DNA of 45,131 nucleotides, taken from the NCBI GenBank assembly GCA_002633005.1, contig NMRA01000278.1:292275-337405 (forward strand), read 5' to 3'. Made by a program: the position numbers and the translations under genes. Below are positions 11,510 to 24,938 of the stretch, one piece after another. Position 1 is the stretch's first letter, and each line of letters opens with the position of its first letter. The DNA is from Phoronis australis (Eukaryota; Animalia; Phoronida). The notes under the pieces were generated by a model, which was not told the DNA's origin, did not search any database, and saw only the letters and a list, made by a program, of their open reading frames with translations.

Positions 11510-11723
11510 GGGCCGATCGTGAGCGATCTTCATCCATTCCGCCAAGCTCTCCAGACACGGAATGCACCCTATTTGATGGGGTCACGTATCTGGGCTCGGC
11601 GACAGTCAACGCGCCGCGTAGTGAGCGGGAGATCAACCGCAACATGGAGATACTCAACGAACACTCACAGATGGCGATACCTGTCACGCTGGCTGTTCCC
11701 ACTACGTCTGAAGGGGTGGTCAG
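11510..11723 (+). CDS. RABGAP1: RABGAP1 exon, start of PTB domain (FDGVTYLGSATVNAPRSE)
   Basis: ttcag| and |gtaaat, phase 1 to 2. Contains the PTB YLG motif. Confidence 0.92.
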
Positions 11724-12266
11724 GTAAATACTAAATTCATTTAATAACATGATGTTAGTGTTGTTTGAAAGGGATATTATTCTTTTTTTTTCGCTGTTGC
11801 CGCCGAGCATTTGGTGAAATCGAGATCAGTGACTTTACGAGGAAATGCAGAGCAATTTATTTCTCAACTCTAGTAAGATTTAGCTCAGCTAGCAGAGCAT
11901 TTGGCTATAACTGGACTGTTTGTGGAAAAAATTTTCTCACCTATAATTTAGCTTTAAATGAGCTTTCACCATCTTAATGCAATCTGGAACATAGGCTTGC
12001 TTTCTTTTGCGAGATCCTTGTGGTTTTGGCACCTTGAGTCAATGGCTGTGATGTGCATAGGTTATCTATGTCTATATGGATGGGTAGCGTATTTCCATTC
12101 CATTTTGATGATGTCATTACGATGCATCCATAGCTTTTTGAGTTCTCCTGTTGATGAAACAGCTTACAGAGCACATCCTTGGCCAAAGTAATAGGTAAAA
12201 GGAAACATTCGAAGTGACGACATTGATCTGTGTTGTTCAGGCATTGTCAGTGACGTTGTTTATAAA

Positions 12267-12269
<3 letters not shown>

Positions 12270-12322
<53 letters not shown>
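12270..12322. repeat. (TA)n microsatellite
   Basis: Directly visible. Confidence 0.95.
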
Positions 12323-12886
12323 CTTATAGTAGTTAACCCGTCACTGGAGATAAGTTAACCTGGGATAGATTTATCATATGAATTTATCAAAATCCTGCTT
12401 AGCTTACTCTCACTGATAACTCTAATTGAATGGCGCTTAATGTAGTCATGAAGCATTTTGTTGTTCTGGCTGGTTGAAAGATTAAGCTGTGGCATATACA
12501 CGGAGTGTCTTCATTGGAGAACTGCACTGTTGCCTTTGCAGGTTAGTGGCTGCTGTTTGAAGCCAAACTATGTGAAGTGGGCAACAGTGTGAACTAGCTA
12601 GAGATGATGGTGCCTCTGTAGGTTACAATAGCAGAGCCCAACAGGACCATTCCTGATAACAAAGTGATTGAACTTTTCCTTTGTCCATTAGGTGTCCACC
12701 CGCTACACATTTTCTTGGTAAGGCGAAAAAACATAAGATCACGCAACCACGAAGTTACAGTCGACATCACAGCAGTGATACTTCGTTGGCTTTGGAAGAT
12801 CAAATAGAATGAACACTGCTGAGAAAAACTTGTAAAGAATGTGACAATATCACAGAGCATGTGGAACTCAGCGCTTCATGAAATTG

Positions 12887-12985
12887 TGTCATAGTGGGTT
12901 AATACTGTCACAGTGGGTTAATACTGTCACAGTGGGTTAATACTGTCACAGTGGGTTAATACTGTCACAGTGGGTTAATACTGTG
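12887..12985. repeat. 19-bp minisatellite x5 (again at 13632-13710)
   Basis: Unit tgtca(c/t)agtgggttaatac. Confidence 0.9.
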
Positions 12986-13225
12986 AGATTTGAGTGTCAC
13001 TGTGTAATCTGGGGCAACCCTATTGTGTCAATTGTGCGTGACTTGGTGCGTTACATTTACACGTCATGAGAGCCCAGTTATGTAAACTGACTTATCATAT
13101 TGCCTTTGCAGGTTTTTAGAATCGAACTTAGTGCACAAGCGATAATCTCACTGCATTGCCTTTGCAGGTCGCAAGAGCAAAACTGTGTGAACTGTAGGTT
13201 TTAAGATAATTGTTTGCCTTTACAG

Positions 13226-13409
13226 GTTACTTGAACCCAACTCTGAAGTGGAGATCTCCAGCTATCGTATCCATCGCATCCTGTTCTGTGCTAGAGGACC
13301 CATAGACACTCCACAGCAGAAGTGCTTTGCCTATACCTGCAGCCATGGCGACAGTGCGGAGACGGCCATCTTCCAATGTCACGTGTTCCGGTGTGACTTG
13401 CAGGATGCT
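13226..13409 (+). CDS. RABGAP1: RABGAP1 PTB exon, copy A (ISSYRIHRILFCARG...FQCHVFRCD)
   Basis: tttacag| and |gtaagc, 184 nt, phase 2 to 0. Confidence 0.9.
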
Positions 13410-13930
13410 GTAAGCATTATAATAGTTTTCCAAGAATTTACCTAAAAGTTGCTAAGAACAACAATGGTTGCTAAGAGCAACAATGTCTAGCTAATGGCAT
13501 TCTCATATTCTACCAATTCTTTTCTGATCCCATCTCATTTATAATAGGACTGTACACAGCTTTCTGATCCCATCTTATTTATAATACGACTGTACACAGC
13601 TTTCTGATCCCATCTTATTTATAATAGGACNTGTCATAGTGGGTTAACACTGCCATAGTGGGTTAACACTGTCATAGTGGGTTAATACTGTCATAGTGGG
13701 TTAATACTGTGAGATTTGAGTGTCACTGTGTAATCTGGGGCGACCCTATTGTGTGAATTGTGCGTGACTTGATGCGTTACATTTACACGTCATGAGAGCC
13801 CATATTGCCTTTGCAGGTTTTTAGAATCTAACTTAGTGCACAAGCAATAACCTCACTGCATTGCCTTTGCAGGTCGCAAGAGCAAAAGTGTGTGAACTGT
13901 AGGTTTTAAGATAATTGTTTGCCTTTACAG

Positions 13931-14114
13931 GTTACTTGAACCCAACTCTGAAGTGGAGATCTCCAGCTATCGTATCCATCGCATCCTGTTCTGTGCTAGA
14001 GGACCCATAGACACGCCACAGCAGAAGTGCTTTGCCTATACCTGCAGCCATGGCGACAGTGCGGAGACGGCCATCTTCCAATGTCACGTGTTCCGGTGTG
14101 ACTTGCAGGATGCT
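13931..14114 (+). CDS. RABGAP1: RABGAP1 PTB exon, copy B (near-identical duplicate, probably an allelic assembly artefact)
   Basis: Same 184-nt exon. The only exonic difference I see is synonymous (ACT/ACG). A single N at 13631 separates the duplicated blocks. Confidence 0.6.
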
Positions 14115-14461
14115 GTAAGCATTTCAAAATAATAGTTTTCCAAGAATTTACCTGAAAGTTGCTATGAGCAACAATGGTTGCTAAGAGCAACAATGTCTAG
14201 TTAATGGCATTCTCATATTCTACCAATTCTTTTCTGATCCCATCTTATTTATAATAGGACTGTACACAGCTTTCTGATCCCATCTTATTTATAGTAGGAC
14301 TGTACACAGCTTTTTCAACTTGTAGCTTGGTCCTTTTATTTTTGAACACTAATATTTTTCACGTTAGCAGATTAAAGTACAAGCTTTTGTGAAGACAATT
14401 TTGAAGTGTCATTTTAACTAATGTAATGGCGTTCGTCATGTAATTAACTTTATTTGTGCAG

Positions 14462-14797
14462 GTTGGTAAGATCCTCTATTGCTTCGCCACATCGTTCCGA
14501 CGTGCTCCCCGCCGTTTGAATAGTTCCTCATCTATCATGAGTCTCTCAGCCTGTGACAGCGTCTACAAGTTTGACGTCTCCCTCGACATTGCTGAGGATG
14601 ATGGGAAAGGTGGTTACAGCACATGCCCAAAGGACAAGTCGGTGTTCAAACTGAGGCGGAACGTGGAGAAGCGAGTGTCGGTGTCGGTGGTGCAGACGTC
14701 GGCCAATCGGGTGACGCTGAAGATCGAACGCTGCTTTGGGATGCTGATATGCCCGGGCCGTAATGTAAAACACAGTGATATGCACCTCATAGACATG
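14462..14797 (+). CDS. RABGAP1: RABGAP1 exon (VGKILYCFATSF...PGRNVKHSDMHLIDM)
   Basis: tgcag| and |gtaaga, 336 nt, phase 0/0. Confidence 0.93.
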
Positions 14798-15170
14798 GTA
14801 AGATGCATTTAGGGGAAGGGAACATGATATTGTGTGTAAAGCACTGTGATATCTGTCTGATAGAGGTTGTTAGTTAAGTCATTTAGGGGAAGGGGACATG
14901 GTATTCTGTCTAAAGCACCGTGATATCTGTCTGATAGAGGTTGTTAGTATAATTGACAGTGCGTTATTCCTTGAGACATGGCGTGACACATAACATTACA
15001 TGTACGCCATGACAAGATGAATTGTAGAGCCAAGTATTAAGCAACAACAAAATGTCAGTTTGTAAACCCAGAATTCACATTTTATCTGAGAAAGGAATAC
15101 ATTNCGTCATGTGGCGACGTGACGATAACGCTCTTTGAAAAGTACTACGCGTTCCGAGTACGAGGTAAGA

Positions 15171-15344
15171 TTAACCGCCCTGGGCGGTTGCCTGTCGTAA
15201 TAAGCGCCCATGTTCGGTTAACCGCCCACCATGGATTTCTTGAAATTTCACGTTTAAGCGCCCATGTCTGGTTAACCGCCCACCCCCGATTTTTTGGGTT
15301 TGCCAATTTAACCGCCCAGGGCGTTAACCCGAACGATTACGGTA
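15171..15344. mobile_element. MITE-like inverted-repeat element
   Basis: ttaaccgccctgggcggtt is inverted relative to aaccgcccagggcgttaa. Internal (a/t)aa(c/g)cgccca repeats, ends ...ttacggta. Left end degraded. Confidence 0.6.
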
Positions 15345-17911
15345 AGTTATTTACAGCTATATTGAGACCTGTTTAATCTGATATGACTATTACATTGGGA
15401 CATCTCGTTTCACACATTGGAGGCTGTCAAATTCATTTGTGTTTCTCACAAAAAATTGAGTCATGAAATAAGGCAAGATAACATTCTTGTTTTTCATGTT
15501 CATACTTCGGTGGAAATGGAAGTCATGGGTATTATTTTTTACTTAAATGAACAGCTAAAGTCTTATTCTACCTTGAAGTTGACTAATTTTGACCTGGCGA
15601 TGGAGCTCTCAACATAACTTTAGATTTTTAAGTTAGGGTTAATGGTGTTTGAAATAATCATTTATATGATTGTTGTTTGGTTCTTCAAAAGTGTCGTTCA
15701 CATTTATGAGTTATTCTGGAACAAGTTGCTACTTGAATAAATTGTCTCTAGGCTTAGTAGTAATGTGGATGCTATTTATGGTGGAGAAGCTTGACACATG
15801 TGAGACAGCTTACCTCATCATATCAGGGTAACTTGCCCCAATGTAAGTCGTATTGTTGACGCAAACTTACAAACAAGGGAAGGTAATTATCAACTGTGCG
15901 CTTGCTCAGTTACACTCACAGGAGTGTCTAATCATTTTTGCACCATGTTTACTGCACAGTGTAGGATGTGTAATGTGGACACTGGGCTGAACTGTGGCAA
16001 GCTGCTGAAGGGCAAACTATTCTTAATTTACTCTTAGTGCGGACCCAACTACTGGCCTCGTCTGTACGTTGGTGCTGATCAGGAAAATTACTCTTGACTT
16101 GTAATGTATCTGTAGTTATAGGCACATGAAATCCTAGAATATTCCATCACCATCCTGTCGTTTTAAAATGAAATAGTACGCTTCAAAGCAACAATTAGAT
16201 TGTACCAAGACACATTGTGTTGCAATAATTGACTTTTTTGATGTTAGCTATTATCTGCCATCCACACCACCTGTTGGCAGGAAATGTTGTAATATGCTTT
16301 TGTTTTCATTTGGTTTGGATGACTGATTTCCCATAATTCATTGTATCGTCTCCATGCATCTTGAAAAAGGTACACTGTTAACAAGATAAGCAATGTGGCT
16401 TCAAGTTGGCTTTTGGTCCTACTTCCCTTGGTGTCGTGTTGCTCACCTGTGACTCCACAGGGGATATTTGCTTAAATTTCCAAGTCCTCAAGCTGGTTTT
16501 TCATTTGTGAGGTTACCCAAAAAGGAGATTTTGTCCCTCGCGAGTCATCTGTTCTTGAAGCATAAGATAAAGACGTTTTTCACCAATTACATCTGCCTCA
16601 TTTCTGTCAGCTTGCACAGTGTGTGTTGACATGAAATTTAATAAGTATAACTTTGCTTCGTTTTTGGCTAGTCATAATTCACTGTCACTTTTGAGATCCT
16701 TAAAAATGATCAAGATCTTATCGGGTAATGTCAACAGGGATATGGTGTTGCCAAAGGAAAGGAAAACCTGCTAGTGATTCATTTCTTCTCAGTTGTTGTT
16801 GAGATGCAGATGACTTTGTGAGCGTGCTTGTCAAGCTTTGCTGTGTTTAGATCTGATATATTGATTGCTTAAGAAATTAATGTGACATGATAAAAAACAC
16901 AAGTGTGATATGCCAGCAGGGTCATTAGAATAATAATATTGCAGCAATGAACTTGCTTTCGTCTTGAGGAATGAGGTTTAGATTTCTCGGATTCGTAAAT
17001 GATAGTGGTCGTTTCAAGTGCCCTGTGGACTCCTCGCTTTTGATGTTGAAAACACTAACCTTGGGATTAAGATAACTCACTGTCGTTTCAACTAAACTTG
17101 AACATAACAAGAATTAGATGCAATTTCTCGTCAGGTACATAGTTGCTGCTGAAGACAGAACTCAAGAATTCATTGGCGGACATTTCAAATCCTGAAAATT
17201 AATGTAAATTGGCAAGTTTCATGACCAAACTATAGATGCACTTAACAAATAATGTTTACTTATAAATATGTACTGTGTCTTCTTAATACAAAGCTTTAAG
17301 TCTCATAGTGAAATGATATGTATTTGTTTTGACTCGTATTTTCTTCAGAGCATTTTATGCGGAAACCAAGGATTTGTCGTTTTTGGTTGTTAACTGGAGA
17401 CCAGCAGGAAGAGTGTCTGCAGTTTTTGAGCACCTGCAGTTGCATGATTACTTTGTGTCCCCTTAGTAACATTACACCGCTGTCACACAAATGTTCAAAT
17501 TTGAATCCAGGGATGGTTGCGGTGAATGTGTCATTGTACAGTCAATGTCATTGGGGTTTTAGTTTCTTTATAAGTAATTCGAATATTAATAGTTTTTAAT
17601 CTTTAATGGTTCATACACTTACTTTTGTCTCTTAATTATTCGAAACTGTGTTGAGAAGGAAAAAACACGAGAGAATTAATAGAGTGAGTGGTGGATGTAG
17701 GAATGGTTGAGGGGAGATAACTCTCTTGTGAGACATGACCAGTCCACTGTCGCTACAAAAAGCATTGTGGCTGGTTTAGTTAACTCCCCTGTCAATAAAT
17801 TCCTAGATGTCTGCGAGGGGAGTGTTATTGTTGGTCAAATAGTCTTACACGCCATCATTCCCAGTATAAAACTGTTCAGGTAGACGTACATGTTATGGCT
17901 GAATGTTACAG

Positions 17912-18014
17912 GTGACTATGGGCGCTGACAACGGAGGATCAGGGTACTCCATCACTGGCGAGTGGAATCCTAAAGACTCCAACTTCAGTGTGCTCAACAC
18001 AGAAACTCCCAAAG
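17912..18014 (+). CDS. RABGAP1: RABGAP1 exon (VTMGADNGGSGYSITGEWNPKDSNFSVLNTETPK)
   Basis: ttacag| and |gtggcg, phase 0 to 1. The W-[ND]-P...LN-x-ETP pattern fits the kinesin-like/DUF3694 region. Confidence 0.9.
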
Positions 18015-18594
18015 GTGGCGTTAGTTTTGTTTTCTACTGCAAGTTTAAACGGCCATAAGCCTGCCTTCCACTGCAAAACTGTTTTCATCTTAACCACTTA
18101 TGGCTATGGAATTGATGTCGACCACTTAGGTTGTCAAATTGGTCTTGAATTGTTTCGTGGTCTAGTTGAAAGTGATTTCATGGCTTTGAATAATTTAGTT
18201 TTCATTTTTCACTCTTATGACTGACTCACTTATCCTCTGATATTTCTTGTCCTAAGTTTTTTTCTTCATTTTAAAGTACAGTACAAGACAAAAGTAATCT
18301 GACCAAATTCTGTTTTCCTATTAACAACAACATTACCAGAGTTAACTATTAGAGTGGCATAATTCTAGTCATGCAATGACTTTGTCGTTTTCTTGTTAAG
18401 TCCCTTTCATTGTCGGTCATGAGAGAAGACTTCTTCAGTTTGGGCCCAGCTGTCACATAACAGGAAATTTCAGGTCATTTTGTCTGAATGCTTTTTCTTT
18501 GCGGTATAGATCTCACTTGCATTCTTCAACTTTGTCATTTTCCTATTTTCAAACGAACAATTCAATGAACTATGTCATGTATCCTGCGTTTTAG

Positions 18595-18761
18595 ACACAC
18601 GTGTTTTCTTGACTGTGGCTGTTGACCTGGTCATTGATGGCATTCAGGAACCGGTACGGTTCTGCGTCGAGACAAAAGCACGGATTTTCCCGCACAATGA
18701 GAGATTTTGGTATTTCAACAAGAAACCTTACCATGAAGTGTTCTACTTAAAACTGAAGGAG
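18595..18761 (+). CDS. RABGAP1: RABGAP1 exon (DTRVFLTVAVDLVIDGIQEPVRF...NERFWYF...LKLKE)
   Basis: ttttag| and |gtatat, phase 1 to 0. Confidence 0.93.
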
Positions 18762-19215
18762 GTATATCCGTTAGTAAAATATTATTATTACTATTTTTCT
18801 TTTGATAGTTTTGGTGTAGATTGTTGCTTCAGTTCATCAAATGGAGAATGTCACGCAAAAAGAGAGATTAGGATTTTTTTTGATTTTGTAATGGGAGCGA
18901 AGTGTGAATGATCTCATAGATTGAAAAATCTGCTTCATATATTTGTCTAATTAACTTCTAATTGTAACTTTTTGTCTTCGCGGTTTTTTAAACCTCAATA
19001 AGCAGTTTGTATCATTTAATTGTTGATATCATCATTTCTAAGACAGTTTTTCTGCCAGTGGTATTTCTGTCTATTGCTTCCATAAGTTGCACAAAACTAG
19101 ATGGCTACAATTTAAGTGATTTACATGGTAGACGAGGACATTTACATGGTAGACAAGGACATATAATTTACATGGTAGACGAGGACATATATTTGCACTC
19201 TTACTTTCAACACAG

Positions 19216-19384
19216 GTTGAGTCCTCCTCTGGTGACCCCGTATTCGAGGTACAGAGCCTGAGAAGTCAGACGGAGGTTGACCGCCAGAAGTCCGGACTGA
19301 CCTTGACCCTGTCCCCATCTATGCCAGTCACGACTCCGTCGGACATCCAAACCCCCGTGGGTCTTGTTCCGGAGGATGAGTCAG
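19216..19384 (+). CDS. RABGAP1: RABGAP1 linker exon (VESSSGDPVFEVQSL...PEDES)
   Basis: cacag| and |gtaggg, phase 0 to 1, open frame. Confidence 0.88.
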
Positions 19385-20670
19385 GTAGGGTCTGCATTTG
19401 GTTCGGCTTGGTTGTGTTTTCATTCACGTTTCGCATATGGAATAAAAGCTGTCCAGTTTGTCAAACAAATCTTTTTTGTCAACTGAAAAGAACCTTTGAA
19501 CACAAGACTGCACACGCTTTTGAAATGCTGTAAAAACTCTGCAACTTCAAGCTTAGATAAAACAAACAAGCTTCAATACCGTTTGAAATGCCGAGCACGC
19601 CATACATGATCTATACTGTGGACAATGCAACTATCCTGGAAAAGTTAAGCTTTTATTCTCCGTATTTCAAATTTTGCATGATTAATTTCTTGCGGCAAAT
19701 TGAAACAAGTCAATAATTTATATGCCAAAACTATGACTCGTATTTTTTACGATTGAATAAAAGCATAGCGTATTCTGCGTGACTTTATTTGCGCATGGCT
19801 TTGTTCCGAGAGCCTGGTACTTTACCCCATGAAACTTTGCTTACCCTTGTTAAGTTTGTTTTGAATTGACGCAGCTTACTTCGCAAGATTGCCCCAGTTG
19901 TCCTGTGGAATGCCCAGACACCCTGCGGAGCGCACAGCAGTGTATAAAAATGGACTCCCGCCAATTTTTTTATGGTGCTCCCCCTCTGCATGCTTCACAA
20001 CTCCCAGGATTACTTGACCATCAAGGAGCTGTTTTGTTCAACGTTTACCACGGTATCTGCGATCTTAATACTAAGCACTCAGCTTTCATTCATTAATGTG
20101 CAAGGAAATGACGATGGTTTTGAAAATATGAACGAAAATTTGACAATTTATTTGCGTTTAGTCAACTCCATTCTAGAGCACAGTTCACATTTTTGGTTAA
20201 TACTTCAGAAATACTTTTAATGTTCCTTCTTTCTCTAACAAATCAAATCAGTCGTCTTACTGTGGTGCTCCAGCTAACTTTATCAAGGATTTGATTCAGT
20301 ACTAACAATGTCCCTCCTAAATGTCCTCATGGTCTTCTGTCTATCAGAATTTTTTACTGATCACATTGTCCACTACATGTCCACTACATGTCCTTACTAC
20401 GTATCAAATGTTCTGACTGAGGTAATGCTGTTTGGCTTTAGCAGCACCTATTTGTTGCTTTACTATCTGTTTGTGTTGCCGTGTTATCTGGCACTGTTGC
20501 TACGTGATCTGAGACTGTTACCAGGTCATGTGACACTGTTGCTATGTCACCTGCCGCTGTTACCATGGTGTGTGACACTGTTGCTATGTTATCTGTTGCT
20601 GTTGCTCGCTTTCTATTGTTTGTCTAATTCTCTGTTATTCACTGTCTCACGACAGTCTATTGGTTTCCAG

Positions 20671-20781
20671 ACACAGACGAACCTCTGATGAGCGGGTCAG
20701 GCATTGTCTCTAAGGAGATCACCGACGAAGAGCTGTTGGCTACATGGAACGAGGTCATACTCAAATGGCAACAATCATTGG
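20671..20781 (+). CDS. RABGAP1: RABGAP1 exon (DTDEPLMSGSGIVSKE...KWQQSL)
   Basis: ttccag| and |gtgagt, phase 1/1. Confidence 0.92.
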
Positions 20782-23700
20782 GTGAGTTGTGCGAGGTCAT
20801 CAAGGGGTCGCTAAAGATTAAGTGTAATTGGATAGGATTTGAAGGGGGTGTGTTCAGTGAGCCAATGTATTGCAAGTTTTGTGACATTACATATGGTCAG
20901 CTGATTGTAGAGCAAGATCTTGATTCTGTTTTACAAGTAAGTTCAAGACCTTATTGGACATTGCACACTAACTAGCAAAATGGCTGCCATTGAAACAGTT
21001 TGGACAATTACTATTTGAAATGCAGGCTAAATGGCATGTAAATCCCCAGGACAGTAACGAATTATTTTTGTTGCGAAAGACAAAATTTCTCTTTGCAAGT
21101 ATTGTATGAGTTACTGGCTTTATCAAACCCACGCCAGGCTTTATGTGGAGGTCAAGGGGTCATTGTCAGAAACAGTTTGTCCTTGGGTGTGCTGTTGGAG
21201 GTCATTTGAACCGAATCAGAGCGTTTGTAGAATTAAATGACCTGACATGACCTATATGTTTGACAGGATGTGAGGCAATATGACAAGAATTAGTCGCCAG
21301 CTATTTGATATTTCAATTGTAGATTCACGTCTAAAGTTTGTCACCTACAACTTCATTGAAGTTTGTGTTCTGCGTTTTTGACATGACCCACTTAGTGCTG
21401 CCTGGTTTTTCTTGGAAACTTGTAATTATTTTATGAACAACGATGATGTTGACATAGTAGTTCTCACTCTAAGTACAATTTATAGTCTGTGTAATGATTT
21501 CCAAAATGCATTGATTATCTATTCTTACATGTCTATTTTAGCTGTTTGTGGTTCACCTGTTGAATATTTGTGTAAGTGGTTGGTCTTGGTTCTAAAACAT
21601 GTCTACTCATCTATGGTTGGACTGGGTCTGTTGTTAATACAATAATTATTATAATATGGCCTAGCTGTTAGGTCTCCTGGTACTAACCTATTTTAACTTA
21701 AAGTAGTTTTACAAACTTTGGTCATGTTCAAAGTAGTTTTACAAACTTCAGGTCATGTTCAAAGTAACGGCTTGCCATAAAATGTTACCAAGGTGGGACA
21801 CAATTAGGCGGACTTTTTCATAAACGATCTTAAGTTGCACAAAATAAATGCATTTTAAAGATACATCCACCATATATGTAGCTACTTGTGCAAGCAGAAA
21901 TGATTCTGAAAAATTGTTGTAAATCATAACTATAGAAGCCTTATGTAAAGTGAGAAAGGCCATTTTGGTAATTATTTGTGTCCAACGTTGGTGATATTTA
22001 CTTAACTAGTATAACAGGAGTGTTAGTGAAGTCAGGTGACTTACCTGAATGCAGCCATTTTGTGGCAAGGTGACTTACCTGAATGCAGCCATTTTGTGGC
22101 AAGTTGTCAGCATCGTTTACTTATGACACCTGCTGATTTTCAAGTTCCCCATTACTAGAGACTCGTACACACGGGAAAGTACAGGTCCACTCTGTGGCTT
22201 GCCTGTGTACAAAGTCTTGAAATGGTTCACGGAACTCATGTCAAAATTCACTGAGTGTCACCATGTGCTTTGCTCACCAAATATCTCATCTTCCTTAAAT
22301 TTAGATTCATCGCATTGGTTTTCAAATTTGTCGCAGCAAAATCCAAACTCATCATAGTGACTTGCCAAAATGAGTTGTGGAGAAGGAGACAAGACTGATT
22401 GATTTGTTCTGATAATTCTCTAGTCTGAAAACTGTTGACTGGCAGATGAGGAGTATTGCACTGACTGTCTCTTTATTCTCTGTGTTTGGTCTTAGCATGG
22501 GCTGGTGTTGGAGGGTGTATTGAGGGTGTATTGAGGGGCCGCACTGTGAAAAGTAATGGTCAGCACTGAAAAGGCTGTCCTTGTTCAGAAGTTTTCCAGA
22601 ATATTACTATTAATAGCACTTAATAATAAAATCTCACAAATTTTGGACAACAATTAATTGATATTTTTCATTTTTCAAACTGATTTCTGACGTGATTGTG
22701 AATGCATACAATTTCTGAAAATGTTGCTATCATGGTATTTAACTGAAAGGTCATGAAATCTTTTTTCATTCTCTTATTGGGAGAATTAAAAAAAAATAAA
22801 TTTCACTTATCCACATTTTGTCCTAAATTGGTGAAGTTTTACCGTTCTTAACAATTCTTGGTTTGAGGCAGGCTTGCTGTCACAACTGGATATACCATTG
22901 TTCGCTTCCAGACTTCCTGTACTTTCTGTCAGACTCAGACACCTGTTGATTAACTATGCACCGTCAGTTAACTACTAGTACGGGCTTCCTTGCCAATCTC
23001 CTGTTTGTTATTTCATGACATGTTACAATATTATTGGCTGCAACGTTGTTGTAAAATTTAGCCTTGGTAGAGAAATCTGTTAGCATTTTAAGCTATCTGG
23101 ACGTGTTTAGCTGAAACATCAACTTTGTGGTCCTGGTCATGTTTACACTTGTGGCAACTATGTTATGACGTCTTTCTGAAAATTAGAACAGGATTGGTTT
23201 AAATTAGACATAGTTATGAGCATACTTCCCTGAAATTTTAGTGAAATATTCACTTAAATTTAAAGTCAAAACTGGCCAAATTGAAATTGAGATGCAAGAA
23301 CACCTCTGAGCTCCAATAACAGCGTAATGGGAAGATGGAAAGTTTGTACTGGCCCTATTTGGCTGCTCGTTTTTGTCACCGTCGCAAAATTAAATCAAAA
23401 CTTTATCACTGGCTATTTTTTTTTAAATGTGATGTCCCAAGGTAATAGTCATATGACCTAAACAATGCTCAGAAAATTAAGTTACGGTGCAAGTCAGAAA
23501 GGTTGCTAAATTCCGACTTCAGAGAAACTATCCCCTTGAGACTAATTGTGTTTATTTGAATAATGATCAGTTGACCAGTTGTACAGTCCTATTATTCACG
23601 GTTGATGAATCATTGTTTTTCACCATTTTTGATTGGTTAGGAATTGCTTGGAACTAAAGCGAGTTCACAAGTTTTGAGAAAGTTGTAACTTTTTTCCACA

Positions 23701-23961
23701 AACATATTGAGCTCATTGACACCTCCATTCCCAATGTTGCTGACTTACCTGGGGTCACTAATTAATTGTGTCTGTGCTTTAATTGTTATTGTTAGAGATA
23801 GCAAGGGGGTCTTGTGTACCCTGACCTCACTTTTTTACTTTCAGTTGCAGCAAATTTAAGATTCCTTCAACTTGTGTTGATTGTTATCATTACGTATACC
23901 ATAACGGCCCATCTGTTATCGGTACGCTAACCAATTCTGATGATTGTCTACTCGATTCCAG

Positions 23962-24098
23962 GGCAACGGCCCAAACAAGCCAACCAATTGGTACGTAAGG
24001 GTATCCCAGAACCCCTGAGGGGCGAGGTGTGGCAACTGCTGTGTGGGTCCCATGACAGCAAGGATCTGTTTGAGGCCTACAGAATACTCATCACAAAG
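23962..24098 (+). CDS. RABGAP1: RABGAP1 exon, start of TBC domain (LVRKGIPEPLRGEVWQLL)
   Basis: ttccag| and |gtaggc. Contains the TBC GIP..R..W motif. Confidence 0.95.
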
Positions 24099-24554
24099 GT
24101 AGGCTCTGGGATACTAAGTATCCAAAGTATATACTTTTGCAATTTTTGCTTCAAATTCAACAAAGAGAAAGGACTAGATGGGATTTGTTGCCATTTTTAA
24201 AAGTGGCAATGAACGCGCCTTTGGAGATTCTCAGTGTTTGGTGAGGAACTATTATGCTAAATGGTGATGGACACTGTCTCCTTTTTTGTGAAATTGTATA
24301 GATTTTCTTCAATTTGTTACGCAACATTTATCTTAAATTGTGAACACTGGGAAATAATTCAAGGCGATTCTGCACCTTCAGAGATTTTAGGTGCAGTAAA
24401 CAAAAACTTTCTAATTAGTCCTGTTACTAAAAATTTGGTCTTAACTTGTACTTATTGTACTTACCCATGTTAGAAGTTAAATGTGATCTTGGAAATATTG
24501 ATTTAATTGTTTTATTTGCTGACAACAGGTGTTAGTGCATTGGATTTAACAACA

Positions 24555-24895
24555 ATCATTGTCACCTGGGTGTGGTCAGCATCATTGTCACCTGGGTGTG
24601 GTCAGCATCATTGTCACCTGGGTGTGGTCAGCATCATTGTCACCTGGGTGTGGTCAGCATCATTGTCACCTGGGTGTGGTCAGCATCATTGTCACCTGGG
24701 TGTGGTCAGCATCATTGTCACCTGGGTGTGGTCAGCATCATTGTCACCTGGGTGTGGTCAGCATCATTGTCACCTGGGTGTGGTCAGCATCATTGTCACC
24801 TGGGTGTGGTCAGCATCATTGTCACCTGGGTGTGGTCAGCATCATTGTCACCTGGGTGTGGTCAGCATCATTGTCACCTGGTTGTGGTCAGCATC
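24555..24895. repeat. 26-bp minisatellite, about 13 copies
   Basis: Unit atcattgtcacctgggtgtggtcagc. Confidence 0.95.
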
Positions 24896-24938
24896 TTCTG
24901 CTGGTCCTGAATAGTGTTCATTTAAGTTTACTAATTAA

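Noticed and set aside
20308-20688. Leu-rich 126-aa ORF resembling a membrane protein
   Set aside because: It derives from degenerate ctgttg(c/t)ta repeats in the intron just before an exon acceptor.
22034-23751. Perfect minus-strand donors (gacttacctg x3) hinting at a nested antisense gene or U1 fragment
   Set aside because: Two come from one 34-bp local duplication. I found no linked ORF or acceptor and no further U1 similarity.
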